The translations under genes were made by a program, and so were the position numbers. Below are positions 52,991-64,000 of a DNA stretch of 64,000 bases, in pieces. The notes beneath the pieces are model-generated. The model was not told the origin of the DNA and ran no database searches. It saw nothing but the letters and a program-made list of their open reading frames with translations. The first letter of the stretch is position 1, and each line of letters starts with the position of its first letter. The DNA comes from Octopus sinensis (Eukaryota), in assembly GCF_006345805.1 (NCBI RefSeq), contig NC_042998.1:116312001-116376000 (forward strand). The letters are read 5' to 3'.

Positions 52991-55899
52991 ACCCGAAAGT
53001 TATGCAAGTGAGACCAGCTCCTCCTCGAGACCTAGAGTTTCCTCGAACTCCTTACCGCTCTTAAATACATGTACATCTCTTTAAATTATGAACAATTTCT
53101 TACTGAGCATTGTATCATTTGGCTGACAAGAAACCGACAATGTATACGATTTCGGATCGAATCGTGTGCGAAGTATGTGTAGTATTTATATGTTTAAGAC
53201 AAACCCCACATATTAAAACCACACATCCAGGCATGCACATGCAAAAGGCCATTTAATCACTAACCCGTGTATATAAAACCAGTGGCGCATGGTGGTTGTT
53301 GCCATAGGGGGCATAGCCACCCTGACCATACTATCACTAACATCAATATTACTCAAATTAGGCATACACTCTGTGTATTTCTATTTCCGGAGCGTCAATC
53401 AAAACGTAAATAATGGAAACTTAATTCAGTTGGAATACGGATATATGGCACTAAAATAAACAATTGACAATACCCTATAAATTGTAAGCATTGTAAAATA
53501 AGCCATAATGTTCTTATGCGAACACACTGAAAAATGAGAAACCATATAATTTTACTTAAATTTCTTATATGTTTTATTCCTCAACGTTGAGACGTAAAAT
53601 GTTTGATAACCTCATCGTACAGTGAAACCCTTTACTATTAGTTTTGAAAACAAATTAAGATCAAAGTTATATGATAATATCATAAGAAACATTGTAAAAA
53701 AAAAATTGCTTTATTTTGGGAATTAATTTAAACGTGCATCTTCCTGCCACGAAAAGGAACATGCGACCGTGCTGTTTAAACTGTCGCACACCTTTCGCCA
53801 TTAATGTTTTGCCATTCTCTCATTATCCTATGATACGCCCGGTACCATATTATGATACAAGGCACTGTGAGGTGTGCAGTGTTATTTCAGGACACCCGCC
53901 ATCAAATTTTAAGCAGCAGTATAACAAAAGTTTTGCATTATTTTTTGTGATTAAATTCATAAGTAACGTAAATATTTTTAAGGCATTTGCCATTTTCGAT
54001 AGGTGTGCAGCACACACCTAGCACGCCCGTTGTACACACCCTTGTATATAACGCATATAGACTTACACAAACATTCGATAAGCACACATATATCATACAC
54101 ATAGCTACTCTCATAATGGCCATTTTCCGTTTTGTTTTCACCCTTCTTCGCTTCATGAGAGTCCGCCTTATGTTTTCATTCTGTGTGAAAATAAGTTCTA
54201 CTGATATGCTAGGGTCAATATAGTCTATAATACAACATAACGAAATGTGAGGCATACTGCTAATGTTAGATTGTTTTATTAAGAATGTTTTTAAAAAATC
54301 ATTAATAATCTATCTCATATGTAAACATATTTATCCACAACGGAATTCACGTTAGTAAATTCCTGCCATAATTTTCTACTTGAAGAACTTCATAGTTGTA
54401 ATGCAAGTGACATATGATAATAAATATACGTGAATTATCACTATCCCAAAACAAAAAGATAAACACGCACACCCGAACATATAATATTATGTATTTATAT
54501 ATACATACACACACACTTATACATTCACACACATTCACACGCACACTTCGACACATGTATATAGAGCTGACACCAACAGAGGCAGAGAGAGAAGCAAAGG
54601 TAAAAGTAGGATGGGGGAGTGTGTTATAGGCATATGTAAATGTATCTACAACTTTGTTATAATCCTTGCAGAATTGTGTATAAACTATGGCTTTGTCCGC
54701 ACATATATACAGATAGAAAACATATATCATTATCATTCTTCCTCGACGTTCTGTTCTATACTGCTTCATCGTTTCATGCATCCTCTCGTACTTTTCTGAT
54801 CATCCACAATCTGGACACTAGCTTTTCAAAAACTGTGTATATTTTATTCAATAACACACGCACAAGCACATGCAACAGATATATATACACGTATGCAACA
54901 TGCATATATTTATAGGTAAGCATTCTGAAAAATCTGAATCAATATTTAACTTTATATCAGTAACATAGAGAAATATTCTGTATGTTTTTACTCGTCGACT
55001 GATCTCACTATATTTCATTTAATTTTAAGCACGTATTGAAATAAGTGTGACATACTATTTAACTATTCAGCAACAGCTCTAGGTATGTATTTGATGTGAC
55101 GAAATTTTTCACCAAAATATATCTATAAAAGTTACCTGGGAACCTATAGGCGAAGTTTAACCCTACCAGCATATTTCAGAGTCTAAGGCCATTATTTTTT
55201 TCTGCTGACAGTGAGGTGTGCCTGATATGCTTGTGATTTTATTTTTGCCACCAAAAATATTCGTACATTACACACATGCATTTCTCTAGTATTTTAACTC
55301 AGTACAAGTAATTCGGTTATAACTATAAACCAAAAATGTACAATAACATTGTATATTTCTTTTCATGTAGTGTTTTTATTCTCTCCAAGTTTCATTGTAG
55401 ATCGTTTCATTTTTCTCTCAGTTTTCACCGTAAATATCTTGTGATTTTTCTTTTTTTTTAAAATTCAATATGTATTTTAAATTTCAGCATTATATCTTTA
55501 ACGATGCATTGTAAATAACTCACCTCCAATAATATTACAGATAATAAAATATGACATACAATTTGTTCACCTAGTCTTCAAAGCTAGAATGTCTATAATG
55601 AATCGACCATCTAGTTTCAGTAGGCAGCAAGAATTATGCACCGCACATACAAGCTACAATTCTTGGTTTAAAAGACAACAAGACCAAAGAATTGGAATGT
55701 TATCGGAATAACTGACATTTTCGCCCATTAGGAAATAATGTACTAGTTGTTACTAATACTGTACGGTTAAATCTATTGTCTGATATATTTGTGCAAAATA
55801 TAACTAGAGTTAGCTCACGTGTTGCTAAAATAATTAAAATGATTTAATGACTGACGAATTTTTGCTTCTTCACGTCGTTACTCACTTTCTCTCGTCCTT

Positions 55900-56020
<121 letters not shown>

Positions 56021-57375
56021 CTGTATGTTTGTGTGTATATGCGCGCGCACGCATGCATGAATATGAAAATGTATAATTCTAAAAACCATTTCATAAGTAA
56101 TAGTACATGGGGGATTCTTCTCAAGAAGTACACGCATCAGAATTCTCTTTTTACAATGACGTTATTCATGGAAAGATACATGTATGCTGAGTGATTATAT
56201 TCAGTATAATATACTGAATATAACCACTCAGGAGAGAAGTGTAAGTATCCTATTTTATTAAATTATTTATTACCTCTCTGGACATTCCGTATATAATTAA
56301 CAGTCTAGATAGTATGTATAATAAACAGTTCAGAAACCAACACTTTCTGTAACTCAGTTAGAACCAATATTTTTTCGTCATATTAAGTTAAAACTCTATC
56401 ATTAAATTCAGCGTGAAGGAATCATTAGCGAGTTGAAGGATTTAATATACGTTTCACATAGTATTAGTGCGTACTATAGGTTTCATCTAATCATGCACGT
56501 AAAGCCGACAACTCTCGACATATTTCAGTATTAATGAACATCAACGAAATACAGCCTTCTCTCTTCTTACAAAATTACAGAATTACTGTAATGATTTACA
56601 TTTGTAAAATGATGTACATCAGTTAACTCTATGTCTGATGGAATTTACTCAGAGAAATTTACCAGTAATGTTAATAGCCTCATGTTAATATAAATCACCG
56701 TAATTGATTTATATTATATATCCAGTGATGAAAACAATCTATCAACCCAGATTATAATTGTAATCGTTATCCACAATCATCGGTATGTTTCGTTAGGTTA
56801 GTAAGTGTGAGAGGAATAATCTGAAAATTTATGGATTTCAGGTTAATTTGCGTATCATCAAATAATTTACGTTAGTTGAAAATTTGCAATACCGAAATAA
56901 AATGTCTAAAGGTTCTTCCTTTTATAAATTCCATTGACAGTGCTTTGCAACTTAAATAGTATCCAGAATCTTTGTTCTGGCAACAGTTGAATCAGCACAG
57001 TATGAAAGAGATGAATGTATATTAAAAACTATGATGGAAGAGGCACTGACAACATCCTAGCAGGAACGTCGGGACAGGCGAGATTAGTGTAATTGATATT
57101 CCGTTTAAAAACTGTTGCAGGTCAATGGTTAAAGAAAAGTCATAAGCAGAGTTGTTATACCAAAAAGCAGAACTTTGGGGAAACAGGTTCGGGTAAAGTG
57201 ATCAATGCATTCTTGGAAAACTGGTTCCACAAAATATCACTTGAGATTTACAGAGACAAGTTGCCAGGAGGGTCATAGTAGTGTAAGCCAAATTCAAGCT
57301 ACCCAGCCAGACTGTAAGGAAGCAGGTAGGTAAAATTATAGATCCTATATGTAAATGTAATATGTGACAGTTATT

Positions 57376-57455
57376 CGATAGCCATGATAAAACTCAGAGT
57401 TTCGGATGCCGGGGTGGAAATCCACACCACCATCTCTTCAGTTATCCGGCCATCG
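57376..57455 (-). ncRNA. Type I hammerhead ribozyme fold, solo, with long stem I
   Basis: CGAUGGCC-G-GAUAA-CUGAAGA-[GAUG GUGGUGUGG AUUU CCACCCCGG CAUC C]-GAA-ACU-CUG-AGU-U^UUAUC-AU-GGCUAUCG. Stem I is 8 bp plus 5 bp, the core is intact, stem II is extended, stem III is self-complementary (ACUC-U-GAGU), and the triplet is GUU. Confidence 0.72.
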
Positions 57456-57723
57456 GAAAAATGCTATGAAAATGACCGTTAAACAAAAGGGAATTACTGT
57501 GTGATTGACCGTTATTAAGACAAAATTTCTATTTGAATGACCGCTGAGTGAGGGGAGGAGTAAATGTAAGGGTGTAAAACAGTTCATAGTATTCGCGTAA
57601 GAGCGCATGTCCATACCTACACATGCGCGCCAACACACCCACGTACATGCATGCGCCTAAAAGTTATACTCATCCACTTTCACTTGAAACGTACACATTC
57701 TCACCCGCACCATTCGCCAAATG

Positions 57724-57797
<74 letters not shown>

Positions 57798-58014
57798 CCA
57801 ACACACACACGCGCACTAAAAATTTCATACACACATCTACATACGTACAGGCACAAAGAAAGACAGGGCTAAGGGCAACAATACAGAACATAAGGCGTAA
57901 TGGAGTATAAAAGTAAGCAAAGAGTAAGACACGTATATATATGCACAGGGAAAGTGCAGGATGGACGTTAGAAAACTTTTGACATAATTGCAATGATATA
58001 TATATGTTCTTTTA

Positions 58015-58377
58015 TTCTTTTACTTGCTTGAGTCATTTAACTGCCGCCATGCTGGAGCACTGCGCTTAGTCAAGGAAATCGAACCCGTACTTATTCTTTG
58101 TAAGTCTAGTATCTATTCCGTCGCTAAGTTAGGGGACGTAAAAACACCAACGTCGTTTATCAAGTGATGGCGGGGGTAGGGACAAACACAGACAGACAGA
58201 TACACATACATATACGACGGGCTTCTTTCAGTTTCCGTCTACAAAATCCATTCATAAGGCTTTGGTTGGCCCGAAGCTATAGTAGAACAAACATGTCCAA
58301 GGTGCCACGCAGTTGGATTGAAACCGGAACCATTTGGTGCAAAAGCAAGCTTCTTACCACACAGCCACGCCCGCGCC

Positions 58378-58380
<3 letters not shown>
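58015..58380 (-). mobile_element. tRNA-derived SINE (family B)
   Basis: Reverse complement of the family B head and body (ggcgcgggcgtggctgtgtggtaagaagcttgc..; cagtttccgtctac on the + strand). Confidence 0.8.
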
Positions 58381-58452
<72 letters not shown>

Positions 58453-58848
58453 AATAGATATTGATAGATAGACAGGTAGATATAGACATACATATACATA
58501 CATACATATATACATACAAGCATACACACATACATACATGCGGGAACAATTGAAACTCATAGTAAAAACTATTTGCCATTTCTCTTTTTTTTATTCGATT
58601 ACTTACTCTTTTGCTAAACCCATTTGACGGTATAATCGTCGCGAAACTTGGACTTTCTACACCTGAAGGATTTTGGCTTTGGCCTGATAATCTGATAGTT
58701 TTGATAGCCCAGTACTTGAGCTATCAAGACACACACACACACACATATCCATGTATATCTATACGTATGTATATATATATAGATATGTAGTTAGGGAGAT
58801 TAACAGATGGATAGATAGTTAGATAGATAGATAGATAAATAGATATAT

Positions 58849-58923
<75 letters not shown>

Positions 58924-60040
58924 AATATCGGTTAAATGAGTCTGCTTTTATGTATGATTTCCAAGTATATTGGGATATTCTTACAATAACAATTGAAAAA
59001 TTATGAACCGTTATAGAACCAATGCTGGAAAATACAGCAAAACAATTTATTTTTTTATCTCTTTTGGAAAAATTCCATCTCTTATAAAAAAATTCGCTTG
59101 AACTCTATTTGTTTCGATTTATTATTCTATTTTCGAGATCTGAAATAGATAAGAGTTTTAGGAAAATAAAATGGAGGAGAAAAGTTTGTTTATTTTTCAT
59201 TGAATTTGTATGATATTTAAGGCAAACAATATATATTAAATTATCGAAACCCAAGCACTTTTATACTGAAAGAATAGGCATATAATAAAACTAGTATTTG
59301 CTATTGCTGTTTTTAAAAGTGTGTTCTTAATGAAATAATTAATATTAAATGCATTTCTGCCATAACAATCTGATCTATTTTTTAGACATCATCTTCTGAA
59401 CCGTATTTATATTTTTAAAGAGAGTAGAATACGATTTGAGGGACACTGCGCATATATATCTAGCAGATCTGTGAATTACGGAAATAAATCCCTGTTAACT
59501 AGTAAATTGCTTTCAATAAGACCAGAGATATACTGCCAATTTTTCATGAGTTAGGAGACAAGCTGATTAATCGACTAAGATGCTTGACTGGTAGTTGTTT
59601 AACACACATCAAAAAGATAAAGGCAACATTGCTCTCGGGGGTATTGCAGTCAGGACAATAAAAGAATCTTGTTAAATACCTTGGCATAACGTATCTGAAA
59701 ATATTTTCCCCTGACTGCTGCTTAACAGAAATCAATATAATTGGAGTATACAATAGCAATGAAGGTCTGTTTTGTCGTTTATCAAAATTAAATATTTTCT
59801 ATTATGATCATAATAGTGTTAATACTTAAATTTAAAAACTTAAATAACTTGGTCTTTATATAAACGAAAATAAGACAACCAAAATATCACTTTCGCGTTG
59901 CGACAGCAACTCCAGACAGATTACATGCAAAGCCAGACTTCACTTTCGTTTATTTAATTTTCATAGCAGTGTTTTTGATGTTGGTAATAGAAACACACAA
60001 GTACACACGCACGCGAGCGCGGGCACACACACACACACAT

Positions 60041-60079
<39 letters not shown>

Positions 60080-60581
60080 TACATAAATGTATACAAACGC
60101 ATACACACTTATATATACTCGTGTTTATTTTTTATTTGTTTCACTTGAATTGCGTCCATGCTGAGGTACCGGCTTAAAGAGGTTAGTCGCACGAATAGAC
60201 ACCGCTACTTATTTTTTCAATCTGGTGCGTTTTCTCTCAGACTCATTTACCTTACCGTTATGTTATGTGGGACTTACTTCCACAGAGTTTCCGTCTACCA
60301 AAATAACGTGCCTCCAGGAACATCATAACTAACTGCTTGATCGCGTTGTCTCTGTTTCACTAAATTCCATCTCCACCTCTGTCATCATAGGTATATAGCT
60401 GTACGTGTTTGTGCATGTATGCATTTATGCATTTAATTATGTATTTATGTATGTATATATTTCATATATTATGACGAGAAAAATAGACTTCATGTAATTA
60501 TACAGTGCGTGCACATAAGTTCATTATTCTTTAAAATACTCTCTTTTTCTTAAGATTTTAACTTGGTTGCATTAAAATACC

Positions 60582-61082
60582 CTTCTCTACTCCAGACAAA
60601 TGCCCGAAATTTTGGTGTAGGGGCCAGTCGATTAGATTGACCCCGGTATTTTGAACTCAGAATGTAAGACAGACGAAATACCTATTTCTTTACTACCCAC
60701 AAGGGGCTAAACACAGAGGGGACAAACACGGACAGACAAACGGATTAAGTGGATTACATCGACCCCAGTACGTAACTGGTACTTAATTTATCAACCCCGA
60801 AATGATGAAAGGCAAAGTCGACCTCGGCGAAATTTTGAACTCAGAACGTAACAGCATACGAAATACCTATTTCTTTACTACCCACAAGGGGCTAAACACA
60901 GAGAGGACAAACAAGGACAGACAAACGACCCCAGTACGAAACTGGTACTTAATTTATCGACCCCGAAACGATGAAAGACAAAGTCGACCTTGACGGAATT
61001 TGAACTCACAACGTAACGGCAGACGAAATACCGCTAAGCATTTTGTCTGGCGCGCTAACGTTTCTGCCAGCTCGCTGCCTTG
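60582..61082 (-). mobile_element. Composite tRNA-SINE (family A) with internal tandem duplication
   Basis: ttgaactca recurs at 60651, 60835 and 61000. The module tatttctttactacccacaaggggctaaacacagag..gacagacaaac occurs twice. Confidence 0.85.
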
Positions 61083-62773
61083 GTCGCAGTAAGATGCCCT
61101 CTTAATTAAATACCGCAGACATTTAGTAACCGTCTCTAACACACACATTCATCCAAAGATGTGACATATATTGATAGAATGCAGTTAATTAAAGGTTTAA
61201 TAAAGGAAGGCAAATATAAAACGGGTATTTTTGAAAATTCCCCTGTAAAAGCTGGTTATTGTGAACGAGCTCTAAACAGTATACTATAATATTATTACCG
61301 AATATGAATTTGTCACTTATACGTACATATGTGTGCGCGTGCGCGTGCGTTCATATCTTTGTGTTTATAAAGTATAAATATTTGCATACACAACCACTCC
61401 CCCATTCCACACACCATGTTAAAATTACCATTGCATGACCCGAACAGCATCACCATTAGTTTCTTGCAGCGCATCAAAGCTATCTCATCGCATTTTCTTA
61501 TAATTAGAAAAGAAATGCTTGCCAGGGAAGAAAGAAAAGCAGTCACTAAATAAACATAAAAATAGTCATAGATTATTACCAAAGAGTTACCTCTCCGCTC
61601 ATTTTATAAAGAGATATTCGAGAAAGTGATCTCCTATGACAAGGAAACACTGGTAGGCCGGATTCAAAGACAAGAAATGTTATGCAATCAGTCCCAGATG
61701 TAGCAAATAAAAAACAATGCAGTAAATTAATTTGCTCCACATCTCTTTCTCTTTAAACCTGACCTAAGTAAGAGCTTCCTTAGAGCAGTAGTGTGATAAC
61801 ACTTCCTCGGAAAATGAAATGAATTTAATCAGTAGAAATATGCGCATTTCCTTTCAGTTCTCCAGTCATTGTAGAATGGAACATTTCAAAGACTTCTACT
61901 TCAAATACTGTGGTCGCTTCTTTATATTTAGTTAATAATATCTTCCTTATTAAAAGTGTAACACAAAATCCTTTGTTAGCGGGATAGAAATAGGGTCCAG
62001 AGATGATGATAGATTATTATTATTATTATTATTATTATGATTGACTTGAAAATTTTTCAACAAAAAATTTTTCATAATCAAATGATGTTGGCTTTGGCCA
62101 GAAGAAAGCGCTCGTAAATAAGCTACACTTCGTATGCAGAATACAAAGATTTTCCCACTTGTTTAAGCGACGGAAATTAACTTCTTCGAAACAGGTATAA
62201 ATTTCTTGTGTTTCTGCCTACAAACCGATAGCATGAGTCCCATCACAAGGTTCTGGGTTAAATTACTGATGTCACTTATAAAAACAAAATATTTGTTGTT
62301 TCCCACTATTTCTAGGTGAAATAAATCTTCACCCGCATTCTCAAACGAAAGAGCATTTTTGCATTGCAAGAGAGATCCGAAACATCAGATGACCGTAACT
62401 CAAAGTTGTTGCAAGAAATTAATAGTGTAAGTAAAATATTAATAGTAAATGTTCTGATCGTTAGTCTCAAAAATAAAGATATAGTAACTCGTTCAAGTGA
62501 ACTACTTAGATGTTTGTTTGATTGACTGGTCATTCCACAGATACATGTAAACGTAATCTAGGTCTAATGGAGAGTCAATGCCGTGAAGTATGGCTTATAG
62601 ATGCAAACGTCTTCATCTGTTTCTGGGGCTTGTAGAAGTCCACCAAATCTAATTTACACACAGGTCGGCCTCTGGCTGCAAAAAGATTATGACACACGAT
62701 GGCATGCAGTGGGATAGAAACTGTATCCTTATCGGTGCGAACTTTATCTTTTAGCCATCCAAATATATTCGTA

Positions 62774-62811
<38 letters not shown>

Positions 62812-62839
62812 ATCTATCTATCTATCTATCTATCTATCA

Positions 62840-62874
<35 letters not shown>

Positions 62875-64000
62875 AGTCTACTTCTCTATCTATATCCCAG
62901 TGTTATACATACACTACCTAAGTAACAATCTTGAGAAAGTAAGCTTTTCAAAAGCAGAAACGGGAAATCCAATTAGAACGATAGATTCCAGCCATCAATG
63001 GAACTCTTAACATTTGTAAATCTCTCCAGAAATTTTGCATTTAGGCATATTTGCTTATGTCTAGACTTGCAACTATATGCATGAACATCGATACATAACA
63101 GACACCATATTAAGTTGCACATGCAAGGACTCCAAATATAGCCTACATACAAATAAACATCCACAAATACCCTGCTGACTTTGTTGAAATTCCAGTGAAG
63201 GACCTTGGATCTAGGATACAAACCAAATCGTTTTCTGTTGGCAAGAACTTTGAAATAAAACTGAACAACATCCATAGACACATGCATGCATACATACAAA
63301 CATATAAACACATTATTACATAAACATATATATGGGTGCCTGTAGTTCTGTCTTTGTGTGTGTGTATGTGTGTGTATATATGTGTATATATAATTACTTT
63401 TGCGTGCATATATGTTCCTGATTTTCTACTATATGTTATACATTAGTTTTGTGATGAACATTAACATAATTGAGTGTATTTATGAGTGAATACACTAGGC
63501 TTTCATATCTCTGTCTGAGGAATTGTATAAACTGTTGATTTGTCCCTGTTTTGAAAGAAGCACAATAATCTATCCTGGCAGTCATTTACATTAGTTACAA
63601 ATGTCAATTATAAATACCCTGAGAGATTTGAAAACATGAGTAATTTCAGAGAAATATTTTATATTAGACACTTGAACAGCAATTTACGATATTATTTTGA
63701 CAGAATCGATGGAAATGGAAGAGTAGATAAATCGAAAACAGTCTACCTATATTTGAAGATAAAATACAGACGGTGCTCCAGCACGGCTAGAGACTTGATC
63801 GCTACAGCCAAATAACGAATGAGGAAATATTTATTACGTGACATCAGAGAATCGAAAACAAGAATGATTTTAAATTATATTTTAATAAATTAAGATTTTT
63901 TTCTTTCCCTTGCCCATAATTCTTTAAGCTATTGCATGTCGTAAACGACACGATAATGCTGGTGCTAGTGCTTTATTGTTTTGATGGTGGTGGTGGTGTT

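Noticed and set aside
57177-57197. GETGSGK P-loop-like heptapeptide in ORF 57093-57278
   Set aside because: It lacks the following S/T and the preceding hydrophobic strand; isolated and probably chance.
58607-58720. Minus-strand interval with a strong donor (aga|gtaagt) ending IIPSNGFSKR, loosely like the iGluR DSF..SKR motif
   Set aside because: Similarity is too weak and the spacing is wrong.
62163-62369. FHLEIVGNNKY resembling the iGluR S1 loop
   Set aside because: It lies upstream of the amino-terminal-domain exon on the minus strand, which is the wrong order, and there are no supporting motifs.

Overview
AT-rich eukaryotic genomic DNA, almost entirely intronic or intergenic and packed with (TA)n, (TG)n, (ATCT)n and (AAT)n microsatellites plus tRNA-derived SINEs. 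The repeat landscape suggests an octopod cephalopod such as Octopus (inference). Nearly all ORFs in the supplied track are microsatellite artefacts. The only well-supported host coding sequence is one 182-nt minus-strand exon (19582-19763) encoding part of the amino-terminal domain of a kainate-type ionotropic glutamate receptor. I found no neighbouring exons, so most or all of the window may be two very large introns of that gene. Mobile DNA includes a decayed Penelope-like element, a stack of Dong/R4-type LINE fragments separated by (AAT)n, a 5'-truncated CR1/L2-group LINE, an RTE fragment, a Chapaev3-like transposase remnant, mariner derivatives and many SINEs. The most interesting hidden structure is a set of type I hammerhead ribozyme folds (15024-15068 +, 15141-15191 -, 17127-17177 +, 57376-57455 -). 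Two of them cap the ends of a ~2.06-kb inverted duplication, and two lie on the receptor's sense strand. Several long fold-backs cluster within a few kb of the receptor exon. All alignments and folds were done by eye; no searches were run.
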